Assembly: GCA_013239625.1 (NCBI GenBank)
Contig: MU053482.1
Location: forward strand, 1,215,168 to 1,279,167
Origin: Lama guanicoe
Taxonomy: Eukaryota
Reading direction: 5' to 3'
Length of the DNA: 64,000 nt
Shown: piece by piece, positions 41,327 through 54,842 of the stretch
How the letters are laid out: every line of letters starts with the position of its first letter
Position numbering within the stretch: the stretch's first letter is position 1
The notes under the pieces: model-generated
Databases searched by the model: none
The model's input: only the letters and a program-made list of their open reading frames with translations
Told to the model about the DNA's origin: nothing
Translations under genes and position numbers: made by a program

Positions 41327-42069
41327 CTACTTTATCATTGGTAACAAGTTCCTTACAACCCACCTCACCTGTTGGGGACCCCAGGGTGTCAGCTGTAAGG
41401 GATGTTAAGCAAGATGGTGGTTTGGAAGGGTAGGGTGAGGGATGTGAGAGAAACCTGGGCAGTAACCCAAGTGGGGCTGTGGGTGGGAAGAGGAGGGGCT
41501 GACACAGTCCTGTAAGTGTTTGCTGAGAGCCTGCCCATGCCAGGGCATGGAGTGGGCCCTGGGTGTCACTGTGGTGTCCATAGTGTCATGTTCAGGGTCT
41601 GAGCTGGTGTGTGCAGGTGGTGGCTGCCTGCCGAAGCTGGGGTTCTTGCTTATCCTGTGTCCTGTCCAGCCAGTCAGTCCTCACTGCTCCTCAGGTCTGG
41701 GCAGGGAAGCTCCTCTGTCTAGCTTGGCCTCCTTCCTGATGCTTGGGACCCAGTCTAGCCCTGGCAGCTACACCTTGCTTTTGGCTTAAGGATGGGCATG
41801 GGGTCCTTCAGGCTTCCTAATGAGAAGGTTTCCCTCAGCCCAGAGAGAAAGCCCAAGAAGACCCTGTAGGGAGGCTGGGGTGCAAAGGAGGGTACATCTG
41901 GGCTCCAGTGTCTTGGGAATCTCGTGTGAATAGGGGAGTTCACGTGGGACAAAGCTCTTCCTCTGTGTCCTGCCTACTAATCGTGAGTACTTTGAAAACT
42001 GTTAAAGGCTGCTCTAGGGTCACAGGTCCAGCCCTCACGTGTCGTGACTACTTACATTTGAAATAATTA

Positions 42070-42118
42070 AAAAAAATTTTTTTATTTTGTTTTTTCGGAG
42101 GGGTGGAGGTAATTAGGC

Positions 42119-42166
<48 letters not shown>

Positions 42167-42243
42167 TGGAGGTACTGGGGATTGAACCCAAGACCTCGTG
42201 CATGCTAAGCATGCACCCTACCACTGAGCTGTACCCCTCCACC
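42070..42243 (-). mobile_element. Full-length tRNA-derived SINE with (TTTA)n
   Basis: ggaggtactggggattgaacccaagacctcgtgcatgctaagcatgcac...ccactgagct. Confidence 0.92.
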
Positions 42244-42912
42244 AAAAAAGAGAATTTTAAGTAAACCTGGTGGCAGTTGAGTGAGGAATGGTGTTCATGA
42301 GACAGATCCTATAGGCTACATGAACTTGTCGCATCATTGCCACACATTGCATATGAAAATCTTCCCCAAGTGACTCAGGAGTGCTTGCCTGTTTGGCTCT
42401 AGGTGTTCAGTAAGAGTGTGACGTCCACTGGGAGCCATTGTGGGCCTCTTTGGGACACCAGGACAACTCGGCCGTCTCCTCTCAAGGCTGCCGCTGAGTT
42501 AAGGGCTCTCATGCCAGTGCCTTGACCGAGGACCTCCTGCTCCATGGATGTAGTTGATATTTGGCCTTCCTCTCCCCAACCCCTGGAGCCTAGCCTCAGC
42601 CTGAGCCTCCATCTTTGGGGTCTCCCAATTCCATCTCCCCAGCTGTGACTTCTCTGCCAGATGCCTGCCCCGAGCTGGCGCACGAGCATTATAAACTTAC
42701 CTGCTCACTGTCCTTAAGCTGGTTGTCTGGTGGGACTGGTGGAATGGCTCAGGAAGGTGCCAGGGGTCTGTATGAGTGAGCGGGAAACTCTCCACTCTCA
42801 AAGGCCCGGTGGCCCCCGCCTTCCTGGAGACACGGAAGGCTCGGAGCACGGGCACTGTGTTTGTGCTCCTGAGTCCCCTCAGTGTGGGCTGGCCGCAAGA
42901 GGTTTGGCAACT

Positions 42913-43008
42913 TTTTCTTTTTTTTTTTTGCGTAATAGAGGTACTGGGGATTGAACCCGCTTGTGTATACTAAGCATGCGCTCTACCACTGAGCTATTCC
43001 CCCCCCCC
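42913..43008 (-). mobile_element. tRNA-derived SINE, short-tail form
   Basis: gaggtactggggattgaaccc...ctctaccactgagctat; TSD gcaactt. Confidence 0.88.
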
Positions 43009-44240
43009 ACCAGCAACTTCTTAAAGGGAGTCAATGTCATATTATTTTTTTTTTCCTGATCCTAACATTAGGCCTGGGTCTTGGCTAGCTCCATTTTCTG
43101 GAATAGTGTGGCAGGGACATGTTCTCAGAGAGGGGCCAGGCACTGAGCTGGGTGGTTTGTTCTGCCCCCTCTCATAACCTTGTGACCTGCCCTGTGTGGA
43201 GTAGGTGGTAATATCTCTATTACACAGTAACCTGAGAGGTTAATCTGTGTTACCCAAGGTCAGAAATGAACCCAGCTCTAAGCAGTGGAACCGGGATTTA
43301 AACCCAAGTCCATGTGACTCCAAAGCCTGGACTCTCTCTGTTGCGTCTTGCTCCTCAACTTCTTCAGGAGAAACACGAAGAAGCCACAAAAGCTCAAGGT
43401 CCAGATTGGGCTGGGCTGGGGCCACTGGTGTCGGTGCTGCCTTCCCCTTCTGTGCCTCTGTTGAATCACACAGGCCTCTCCACCTTCCACTTTCAGTCTG
43501 AGGAACTGTTGGGTATTTCCCATGGGAGGGTAATGGCCCTGCCTTGTGGAAAAGAGGTAAGGATGATGGAGAGAGGCCCCCAGGAGCTGATGCAGATGCT
43601 CCTACTACCCCGGGGTCAGATGGACAGACTTCCGGACACAAGACCTCGTGGGCTTCCAGGGAGGGGAGACCTTGTACAGTGCAGTCCTCTAGCTGTGGTC
43701 TGTGAGTCTGTGCAGATGGGGGATTCCTGGATCACTTTTCATAGGAAATTCCCTGAACCACTCTCTGGCCTAAGTGCTCTTGGGGGAGGGAAGAGACCTG
43801 AGTGGCAAGTGTCTTGTGACAGGTGAGCTGAGGCTAGGGGACCCACTTTGCCCCTCCCCCATCATACGCTGGAGTTGTTGAATTGCTTTGAAGAGAAGAG
43901 GGCTGGGCCCAGGGCTTGTGCTCCTTGAATGCAGCCTGACAGCTGGTCAGGGCTACAGGGTCTTAGGGTTTCCTCCTGACAGCATGCCAAAGTCTGACCT
44001 CACTAAATGGTCTTGGTCCCCAGGCATCACCTGACTCAGAGCTGACTTACAAAGATAAATAGAGGACTATTAGGAACTGTCTTTATCTGGATGTTGTTTT
44101 AGGCCTGGAGATGCAAGGCTGTCTCCCTCAGAGGGAAGAGGAACACCTGTGGACGAGAACAGGGATCCCCATCTCTGGGGAGGAGGCTGCCTTCTTCAGA
44201 TCAGTTTGCCCAGCATGTGTCCAAGATCAGAATGGGGCAT

Positions 44241-44607
44241 GTGTCAGTTTGCTAGGGGTGCCATAACAAAAGACCAGAGACTGGATGGATTAAGCAATAG
44301 AAATTTATCTTCTTACAATTCTGGAGGCTAGAAGTCCAAGTGCAAGGTGTCAGCAAGGTTGGTTTCTTCTGAGGCCTCTCTCTTTGGCTTGTAGGTGGTC
44401 TCTATCCCTGTGTGTTCACATGGTCTCCCCTCTGTGTCCTTATAAGGACACCAGTCATACTGGATTAGGGCTCATCCTGATGACCTCATTTTAAGTTAAT
44501 TACCTCTTTAAAGGTCTTACTTCTAAATATAGTCACATTTGAGGTACTGGGGGTTAGGACTTCAATATTGGAATTTGAGACAGGGGGCCCCAATTCAGCC
44601 CACAACA
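44241..44607 (-). mobile_element. MLT1A/B/C-type MaLR LTR
   Basis: ctaggggtgccataacaaa...cttacaattctggaggctagaagtccaag...aattcagcccacaaca. Confidence 0.88.
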
Positions 44608-47600
44608 GGATGATGTTCTCAAAATCCTCATTGAACAAGGCTTGGTGTCACGCGGAAGGATGGAGAGGCCCTCACTGCTGGTCCTGCCAAGGGACCAGTA
44701 GAGGAAGGTAGACTCAGCTCAGTCAGTGGAGGAAGCTCTATTGGCCTCGTCCAAAGGCTCAAAGCAGAAAAGCCCAGACCGAGCTGTTCCCTGTAGTCTA
44801 GGCTCTCTGGCAGCAGTGGGCTCTACATGGTGTCTTCACCTGGCTTCCACGCAGCCCTCAGTTCTCCAGTGAAGAAAGAATTGCTCATCCCCCAGTAATA
44901 GCCTCCAGCCAGGCCTGCAGAGGGAACCCCCTTCACTGTTGGAAGCAGGAGCTGAGCTGCTGTTGCCAGTGCACACAGCCTGTCTTTAAGGAAGTTCTTT
45001 GGTTTCCTACTAGTTTAAACATTTTTTTAATATGCAAAAGGAAAGCTACTGCATTGATTCAAAATTAAACTGTTTAACACATTGAAATGAAAGTTCAGAA
45101 CACAGAATAAATGTTGATTAATTCAATTAGTATTTACCTAGAGCCTGCCAAAATTCTGGGGCCCCGTGCTACCCACCAGGCAGCTTGGGAGGCTGGTAGG
45201 AGGTAGCTGGCTGCAGCCTAAAGTTCTGCATGAGGCCCTCCAATACTCTAGCTGATAGAGAAAACTTGCCAATTCAGATCTGTTTTTTCCCTTGTTGCTT
45301 AGCATTGTAAAATAATAGAAGGAGGAGAAATGCCTGGTTTTATCATCCATTAGGGGAAGTTCCATCTTCTTCTCCCGTCAGTGCTTGGGCAGTTTAATTG
45401 CATTCATCAGTTAGCTCATGCCAGGGCCAGGCATGGCCACGTTCCCCTGATGGCAGAGCTGCCTTCACCTTGGAGTATCAGACCACAAAGAGAGGGGCCT
45501 CAGGGAAGGAAACAGTGAGAAAGTGGATGCTGGTTGCTGGACTTGGAGGAGAGACAGGTGAATAGCACAGACTCCTTGCTCTCAAGCATCTTAACTTGGA
45601 AGGGAAGACAGACATATGGAGGAGTCACATAAACAGAGCTGGGAGATGATAAAGGTGGTACCAAGCGTGGCAGGAGCAGAGTGCGGGCAGCACCTTCAGG
45701 TGCTGGGAGCAGTGGGGTCAGGAAAGGCTTCCTGGTGTTGGTGTTGGTGCATGTGGATAAGGTCTTCGAATGGGTGAGATTTGAAGTATAGAAAAAGTAT
45801 AGATGAAGAATATAGATGAAAGAAAAACATCCCAGAGGAAATAGAGAAAACAGGGAAAGCTGTCTGTTTTTAGCGTGTAGGAAGTGGCTCGCTGGAGAGC
45901 ATGGGGAGAAGTGTGGCTGGGAAGGTGGATCTTTTGGAAGCCTTTTGATGGCTGAGTGACAGAATGCAGCTTTGTTCCTGAAGCAGTGGGGAGCTGTGGA
46001 GGGTTTGAGAGCAGAGGAGTAATGCCATGAGCTTTTTGAGACTTACCCTGCCTGCTCTGGGAAAGGTAGGTTGAAGAAGAGTCAGCAGGAAGTAGGAAGT
46101 CTAGGGGAGGCAGCTTTGGAAATCCAGGTGAGAGACGATGAGGGTCTGAATGGTGGTGGGATGAGAGTTTGGTCAGATGTCAGGACCTTCAGGGAGTCTC
46201 AATGGCCCTGCAGGAAGAGCACCCACTGAGGCATCAGGAATTTAGGTTCAAATCTCTGTCCTGTTTGTCCCCAGCAAAGGAAGGTAGAATCTGGTGCTGC
46301 CCTCTGGAAAAACCCAGATTCCTAAGTGGTGGATTAAAGCTTTTGTTATTAAAAAAAAAAAAATCAGAGTCCTTCTACCGAAGTAGAAGGGATAGTATAA
46401 GCCATCACCCGGCTTCAGCAGTAACTCCTCACTGATTATGTTTTTAGTGGGTGGTTTTTGAGATGAAGCTTCAGGCAGTGTTCAAGCTGAAGTTGCATTT
46501 GAAGCATTTGTGTGAATCTGTCCACCATCAGGTGGAGGCGGTGAAATGGCTTGATGTCCATTTGTTCCTCCCTGGGGGTGTTTGGGTGCACGTGCACCCA
46601 CGTTCTCTGCTTCAAGAGGACAGTGAGGGTCGCTTTCTTTGAAGGGTGTGTTCTGGGGCTGAGGAGACACACTGCCGGAGGCTCCTGTCAGGGGGCTAGG
46701 GTTCTGCCTGCTACGGGAGCAGATGGGTGTGGACGGGGGAGAGGATAGAGGTAAGGGCTGCCTGTGTGGGAGGGCGGTTTGCTGGCTCAGACACTTGTGT
46801 ATCTGTTTATTGAAAGGTGCTTGTGGCCTGCGGTCTGACTCATGCCAGCCAGACTAACAAGGCTGGGCTATAAACCAGACACCAGCAGATTAATTTGCTT
46901 TGGCTGGTGTTATCCAGAGGCCACAGCAAATCCCTGCCCCCCTGCCCTCCTTCCTGGCCTTACCCTACCTGGGAGAGTGAACTATGGGGTCCTCTGCAGG
47001 TGGTGGGGGAGCCAGGCTCCCGGACAGAGGGTGCCAGGTGGACAGTGGGGGGTCAACCCAGGCTGCTATGGGGACTCCTTGCTAGTGATCACTCCTCAGA
47101 CTTCCAGATGGGGTCTCAGTGCCCAGTGTGCCACACAGACCAACTTTGACCAGCCCTGCTTGGGCACTGTTGCTCTAGCCTTTACTGACAGTGAGTGGTC
47201 AGAGGTGGGGTGTATGTGGTAATTGTACCGTTTAAATGTCCTCTGAGTTTGGTATCAGCTGAAAAATAAGACCAGGAATCAGACAAATGGAGACCAAGAT
47301 ACCAGCTCCAGGGCTAATAAAGGTGTTTAGAGAATAGGGTTCTCAGTACATCTCTTTGCTGAGTTAGTACACCCACCTCTACTAGGGACCCTGATGGAGG
47401 GAGGCCCTGGAAACAGAGGGAAGGACGGGGCTGGGCCACACCACTCAGTTCCCTCTCATTCCCACCAATCAGATAGGCAGCTGCCCCCCAGTGAGGAGGT
47501 CCAGGAAAGAGATGGGCAGTGTCCTCCCAGTGGATATCCCCATGGCAACACGAAACAGAAGCTGAATGGAGGCTTAGCACGTGCTGTAGGTCTCAGCAGA

Positions 47601-47824
47601 GGTTCTCCGGCACAGGTAGGGGTGGGAATGCTGCCACAGAGGAAGGAGAATCACCTGGGCTCTGAAGAATTAGTTCTGATGGACAGAGACTAGAGAAGGG
47701 AGCTTTAGTTTGCGGGGACAACATGAAAAAGGCACAGCAAAATGAGAATGCTCTCTGGTGGCTGGAGGATCAAGGATTCGGAAGGATGTGGTTGAAGTGG
47801 CCAGGCCTGGTGAGGAAGTGCCGC

Positions 47825-48050
47825 AGAATGGTTAAGGGCGTGACCTGGGAGTCAGACTACCTGGGATCCAGTCCCATCTCTGCAGCTTCCTGGATATGTG
47901 ATTTGACCAAGTTGTTTCACCTCTCCAAGCTTCAGTTTCCTTGTCTGTACAATTTGGATAATAACAGTTAGGAATATTGAGGTAATGAGATATATCTAAA
48001 TGCTTAGCTCAGGGCAGAGTGAGTGCTTAATAACTGGCAGCCATTGTTAT
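47825..48050 (+). mobile_element. MIR fragment
   Basis: ggagtcagactacctggg...tgtgatttgaccaagtt...ttcagtttccttgtctgta. Confidence 0.75.
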
Positions 48051-48669
48051 CACCATCTTGTGTCCAGGACAATTTGAGGTCAGCTAAGAGATGCCTTGGA
48101 TGTCAGGCTCCTGGGTGTGGGTTGCTCTGGGAGAGGCCAGGCACTGCTCGGATGAGAGGAGGCCCTCCAATGCCTAATTCTGAATCCCTGAACCCAGGCT
48201 GGGGCAGTAGGAATGAGTTGAGATGGAGAAGCGGGTCCCTGCACAGAGCGATGCACAGGGACCTGGCTGCTGATTGAAGGCGATGAGGGGGTCAGGGAAG
48301 AGTCCCAGGCGAACGCAGGGTCTACAATCCCCAGAGGCTCTGAGATACCAAGTGAGGGCAGGACCACATTGAGAGTTTCAGATCATGCTGAATCTCAGCA
48401 TCTGCTGAGACAGCCAGAACGCTGATGCGAATTTGGGAATTTTGGTCTGAGCTTCCAAGAGCAGTCTAGAGTCGTGACCATGGAGATGACGTTTGGATTG
48501 TCCGGGGAGAGACTGTAGAAGGAAATGAGGCAGTGAGTGAAGCTGAGATGTAGGACATTCAGTGAAGGAGGAACCCAGGGAGCACTTGTCCCCAGTGCTG
48601 GAGGAGCGTCTTGGGGTTTGCAGAGAAGAGCAGCCCTGGCCAACACGGATCGCTGGTCTCAGCACTTTC

Positions 48670-48850
48670 CTTGTATTAACTCATTTAACCTGCACAGCCA
48701 CCTCTGAGGAAGTGCTTTTATTAGCCTCATCTTGTAGACGAGGAAGCTGAGGCACTGAGGGTAAGCATCCTGCCCTAGGACACACAGTGAGTGAGGGTCA
48801 GAAATGGGGGTCTGAGCCCTGCAGCCTGGCTCTCCCGTTTGTGCTTCAAC
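48670..48850 (-). mobile_element. MIR fragment
   Basis: attaactcatttaacc...tagacgaggaagctgaggcact. Confidence 0.7.
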
Positions 48851-50750
48851 CCCACGTGCTGCCTCTCAAGGAAGTAAGACCTGAAATCACTGGATGGATG
48901 AGGGAGCAGCATCAGGCATGAAAGTGGGAATCTCACCCGGGTGGGCGGCAGAGAGCCTGGGAGGCGAGCCCTTTGGCAATGAAGCAGAGGAGAAATGGTA
49001 GCTGGGGGATGTGGGGCCAAAGGAAGTGTTTTAGCATCACAGAGGCTTTGATGTTTGTGTGGTTTGAGAGGGAAGAGCAGAAAAGGGGGAGAGATTCAGA
49101 TTCAGCCTCCTGCAGGAATAATTGAGAGGTTGGACTTCAGTGATGTTAGATTAGGGGATCTCAGGGTGGAGGGGAGGTTGTGGTGGAGAGAGAGGGAATT
49201 GAGGGATTCTGTTTCTCATCAAAGAAAGATACAGGGCAGTTCGCTGAGGAGGAGTCGGGGAGGAAGGATGCGTGAGGTTAAAGATCTGGGTGCCTGACTG
49301 CCTGATGGAGCTGTGTGCGTTGTTTAGCATCTGTGAGCAGAGGGAAGAGGAGACACCTGCTCCCCAGCTCACTCTGCCTCTCTCACTCTGCCCCTGCCTG
49401 GGAGGCAAGTTGCCAGAGGCGGAGAGATAGAGTGAGCTGAGAGGCAGGGTGGAGGGGTGAGGGGGTGGAAGCAGGTTCAGTGCCAGCTGGGGAGGTGACT
49501 GGAGAGATGTAGGTGGAGTTTCAGGTGATGCTCCTGTATGTTGACTGTTGATGGCGCCTGGAGTAGAGAGGCTTCCTCTCTACTGTCCGGAGTAAAGGGT
49601 GCTGAAAGGGGAAACTGCGTCAGGGAAGTGTGGGAGGATATTGGAGGGCTCCTGAGGTGGGCGAGTGGAGGGGATAGGCTACTGTAGCTTGGTTGTGGGG
49701 TCGGGGAATCCAGAGAGCCCTGGAAGCTGCTCTGAGAAGGGTTCTTCTCTCAGGTCCTTGCTTGCTTCTGCGTCATTGCTGGAGACGAATGGGCAGCTTC
49801 CAGGCAGCTCCCTTCCGTGGTTCCCATTGCCTGATGGATAAAGGCCAAGTTTTAGGGGTGAGATGCTGTGAGAGGCCCAGCCTCATTTGCTCGCACTCTT
49901 CCCTGTTGCTCTCTGGCCACACAAAGCTTTTGCACACCCCACCCCTCCCCACACCTGGGGCTTTACTCCTCTTACAGTGCATTGGCATTTCTACCTGCTA
50001 TTTGGAGAAATCTCACTTACTCCAAGAAGCCTTCTAAGATTGCCCAGACTGCACTGGTCTCTCCTTCTGCTGCCGTGCCCTGAGCGTACTAAGCTCCCCT
50101 CTCCTGGGAATGCCCCTCCTGCTGTGTTGTTGCTGTGCGTGTGCCTTTTTCCCTCCCCAGGGCCTCCGTGGTGTCAGGAGCCTTGGATGTTCATCGACTT
50201 GAACTAATGGATGATGAGGTGAACCTCATCGTCCATAAGACGCTCAGGAAATGATTTTTGAAACTCAGCTTATCCTGGAAACTAACTTCCACGTGATGCT
50301 TTCCATGCTCCTTGTGCGTTGAGCCAGCAATAGTGAAGAATTGACATTCACAGTTAATCGCCATCTGAACTTAATTTTTGAGATGTTGGGAATTTCAGGG
50401 AAATGATGTTTTTCTTCTCACAAAGGAACACCATGGCTGCTTTAAAATTAGACCTTTAATTTATGAAATTATGAAGTCTAAGTGGGCAAAAGCCAAAGTT
50501 TAGTTGGCTTTAGCTCACGGATCCTGGATAGAGGCCCAATTCTGCATGCAACCTTTCCATTCCAATTGACGTGGATGACAGATGAAGGACTTTTGGCCCT
50601 TAGCAGATAAATAACGTAGTGTTAAATTCATTTTTTTCCCTCATAGCGTCAACTGCATGGTTTTATAGATGATAGAATGGCAAATAGTATTTGTTAAATA
50701 GATTAAACCAATCTAAAAGAAATAATATGATTTTTATGGGTCATATATTT

Positions 50751-50911
50751 AAAAAAAATTTTTTCCTGTTTTTTTAACATATATTTAGTTTTATTTTATT
50801 TATTATTATTATTAAAAAATTTTTCTCCTTAACGGAGGCACTGGGGGTTGAACCCAGGACCTTGTGCACACCAAGCGTGTGCTCTACCATTGAGCTATAC
50901 CCCCTATCCCC
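50751..50911 (-). mobile_element. tRNA-derived SINE
   Basis: gggggttgaacccaggacc...ctctaccattgagctatacccc; TSD gtcatatattt/gtcatgcattt. Confidence 0.88.
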
Positions 50912-53900
50912 AGTCATGCATTTCTGAGACAGTTGTTTTCTGTTCTGTGTATCTTTTTTGGGTAAAATACTATCTTGTAACAGAGTTGAATGGGGGCAGC
51001 AGGCAGTGTCCCCATGAAGATGTGCAGGGAGTATGAGTTAGCAGAAAGTCTCTTGGCTCCAGGTGTTTTGAGGTCTTTTGGTTTGGACATGGAAACCAGC
51101 TTCCACGTCTCCCAGCTCTTCACAGAGCTGAGCAAATCGGCAGGACGAGGCAGAGTGGTAGGGCGAGCAGGTGGGGACTTAGGTGACTGACAGGCGGGAC
51201 TCTGTGGGGAAACCAGAGACCTCAGGCACTCTCTTAATATCTTTGTGTCTCCGTTGCCTCTTTCAGAAGTGGGGCTGATAATGAGGCTGTGTCCCTCACA
51301 GGATCACCAGGAAGGTTAAATGGGATAATGAGGACAAAGCCTTTTCACAGGGGCTGCTGCCTCTGCAGGAGGGAGGAAGGAAACCGTCTGTGAACTTGCA
51401 GAGCAGGCGGCTTGGACAGACAGGAGGAACCTGCAGGGGCGCGAAGTGATTGGCCATCGCTGGATGGACTGTGAACCGCCGGCTGGCCGTGGGGCTGGGA
51501 GCCGGCCCCCAGATCTCAGCTAGATCTTCGAGCAGGTGAAGTGTTTGTTGTTTCACCTGGTCCTTCATATCCCAGCCTTGAAGTCTCATTTACATTTGCT
51601 ACTCTGAGACTCTCAGAAGGAAGGAAAAGAACCTTCCATCCCAAGTTCTCTGAGTGGCTGCAGTGAGCCCCACCACAGTGAGGACACAGATGTGCTTGTC
51701 TGGAGCACAGCGTTGAAGGGCGAACTGATGGGGTCTTGGTGATTGATGCTCTGCCCCTAGACACAGTCTGGCTCCCTGTCTCACTGTTTCCAGAGGCACA
51801 GATTTCTGCCTCACCCCCAAATCTCTCTCCCTGTTGGAGTACCTGCATCCTTTTTCTTTTGAGATCTGCCCAAACCATTCCTCAGCAGCCCTGTGGCCTT
51901 GGTCACTGAGATTGTTGTGGCCTCTTTACCACAATAATAAATCCTTGAACTGGGGCAAAGGACCAGCGTGGGGTGGGGTGCAGAGAGTGGGAGGTGAGAA
52001 CAGTCAGGAGGGTGAAACCAGTGTTTAAAAATACTAAGCAAAGGCAAACTCAGATACCAGCTCCCCAGCATTCCTTCAGCCTCGAGGGTCAGGTGTGCCG
52101 TTTGGGTGTGAGCATGACAGCCTCACACTCTCACACCCGTTTCTCAGCCAGACCCCGTGCTCCTCCTCGTGGGCCGGGCTCATGGTGTCTCAGGTGTCTC
52201 ACGCTCAGGTCTTTGGGTGGTGTTTCTCTGCAGAAGCCTGCCATTTCAAGGAGGAGGAGTATGCTGCCCTGCGTCTGGGGGACGGCTAAGCTGGGAGGTG
52301 CCTGGAGGTGAGGTGTCAGTACCTGGAGCTGTTCTTAGCAGTCTTTAGAGAAGGGTGTTCAGTTCTGGGCCTGAGCCCCCTGCTGTTATTTCCTGTTGAT
52401 GGAGGAGCTGTTTGGGATCATAGAGCCCAGTTTAGAAGGCTGTGGTTTGGTGAGAAGGGTAAGTGCTTTTTGGGTAAGTGCTTAAATGGAAGCCTCTGGG
52501 TTTGAACATGCCAAAGAGGGCTGCTGGAGGAGCAGTGACATGGGGCAGGATCTGGACTGGGCTTTAGTGGAAGGGCCAGAAAGCAGAGGGACTCCTTTCA
52601 GTGGGTTCTGCAGAGCCAGGCTCCACATAAATGTTCTTCGGGATCATTTGGAACTCGCCCAAGAGGGAGTGGTTGGGCATGCCCAGTGCGCACAGCTCAC
52701 TCACCTGGTAAAGCGGGAAAAAGATGCTCAGCAAGAAATATTGCATTTGTCCCCTGCCACCAGCTGGCACCTCCAGCCTGCACCTAGGCTTAGAGCCCTT
52801 CAGCGATTCTGATGGATCTCAGCCCCCACCGGTCTCAGCTTCACTGGCTGACTGATCAGAACAGCCTGACCTGGGATGTTGAGGTGGGAATGAGAAGCCT
52901 TGTGTGGGGAAAAACCTTCCTGAAGCCAAAAGCTTTAAACAAACGCTTGTTATTAGGAGTTACTGGTACCTGGTTAGACAGGGACAAGTTAAGCTCGCTT
53001 GTTCACCTTAAGTGGCATTCTTTGATCTTCTCCTGTGCAGTCTTTCGTCAGCTACTTAAACTTCTATTCGTTGACAAAAGAAATTGACAAAGAAGGAGAC
53101 CCCCACCTCGTCACTTTGCTTAGACGCAGATTTTCACTAACAGCAGTCACCAGTTCTGACAGCAGCTTTCTCAGCATCCTGGTCCCTCTGTCCTGCTCTG
53201 ACTCCCCTTCATTGTGACAGGATGTCTTTCTGTGTCTGGCTGTTCTGTCCTGATGGAAAGTTGATGCCTGTGGCCTTATCCTTCAGTCCTGCTACAGCGT
53301 GGGTGTCCGTGGGCCCTGCCCTGGCTCTGAGGCCAGGTGTGCTGCTTTTCTGCACCATCAGGCCCGTCCCCATGGAGACAAGGACCTCAGGCTGGACAAG
53401 ACCTCAGTCATGCCTCAGGCCCCCAGGTACAGACTTGCCTGCCATCCCTGGGAGCCTCTCAGCTTCCAGTTAAGACCAGTGACTTCTTTTTTTCTTCTGG
53501 ATTGGAAATGTCTCTCCTGTCTCTGTCCTGTTGTATTTAGGAAGCAGATTACTTGTTTCACTAACCCACAGGTGGGGTGGAATTTTGCCCTCCGTCAGCC
53601 TCCAGCTGCCTCCCGTGGGCAGACATGTTGTGTTCATCCACTCAACATACATGAGCTGACCACGTGCTTTGTGCCAGTACTGGGCCGAGCTCTGGGCTCA
53701 GAGACACGGCCCTGCCCACTGGGAGCGACGACTCAGTCAAAGGAGTCGCACACATAAAGTGACCAGTGCTCTAGAGAGTTCCGGGTGCTGAGGGAATCTG
53801 TCATGAGCGTGGAGAGGGGGCCCAAGTCTGGGGAGTCATTTCCAGCTGGGGGAAGGAGAGGATCCCTGGAATCATGATGCTGGAATTGGGCCTCAAAAGA

Positions 53901-54780
53901 GGGAGTCGGGATGGAGCAGTCTGGATTGGGTTCTTGGCCTAAAACGTTGCATCTGAGGGAGGCTTAGAGTAAAAGCAGTCTAACAGTTGGTGGGGGCCAG
54001 GTGTGGAACTGTTACTGCCGTGGTTGCGAACTCTCAGCCAGTTACGTGCAGAGGACCTCCACATACATCGTCTCATTGAATCCCGACAATCCCACAATGC
54101 ATATTTTCACCTGCATTTTATGAACAGGGAAATGAAGCTCAGCAATGTTGAGGAACTTGTCCAAGAGTAGAGGCCGTGATGGGAAGAACTGGGATCCAAA
54201 CAGAAGCCTGGCTACAGGGCGCATGCTCTGGACTGTCCCCAGGGTCCTTAGCTTCCTCTTTGGGTCGTTTCCTGGGTGACAGGCAGCAGATGAAAAATTG
54301 TACAAGTGCCAGGGTGCTATGGTTAGATTTGAGAAATGGACCCACACGCCTGTGCTGCTGGTAGCAGTGGTGAGAGTGAGTGGGGTGTGGGCGTGAGGCT
54401 GCAGGCAGGAAAACCAGCCAGGAAGCCACTGCAGTCATTCTGATGGGAGATGATGTAGCCCGGAAGCCGGGCAGGTGAGGATGAGGGGACAGACCTGAGG
54501 AGGGTGAGGAAGGATATTTTACTGGACATGGTGGCCAACTGGATGTGAGAGAGAGGGGAAAGCTGGGGATGGCTTCCAGGTTTCTGGCTTGGCGACTGTG
54601 GCAACATCACTGAAGGGCAGGGAGCAGTTTGGGAAAGATCATCTATGGGGGCCCACTGAATGTGAGGATTTGGAGAGGGAGGTGGGTGTCAGGTGTGGGA
54701 AGGCGATGGGGCCTCCTGCTGCCAGCCCTCACAATCCCCCAGGCTTTAGTTTCCCAATGACAATGAATAATTTTGTTTTA

Positions 54781-54842
54781 TTTGGTGGGGGGGCGATAAT
54801 TAGGTTTATTTATTTCTTTTTTAATGGAGGTAGTGGGGACTG
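54781..54842 (-). mobile_element. 5'-truncated tRNA-derived SINE
   Basis: taattaggtttattt...aatggaggtagtggggactg between 18-bp TSD atgaataattttgtttta/atgagtaattttatttta. Confidence 0.82.

Noticed and set aside
42695..42703. Perfect minus-strand donor CAG|GTAAGT
   Set aside because: Isolated 9-mer with no supporting promoter or acceptor
43240..43826. 170-aa and 133-aa ORFs in PPFIBP2 intron 1
   Set aside because: Begin in or overlap MIR-like sequence, no recognisable protein similarity or exon structure
50211..50370. C/D-box snoRNA (ATGATGA ... CTGA)
   Set aside because: The box C-like motif is buried in its own hairpin, and I see no terminal stem or recognisable guide
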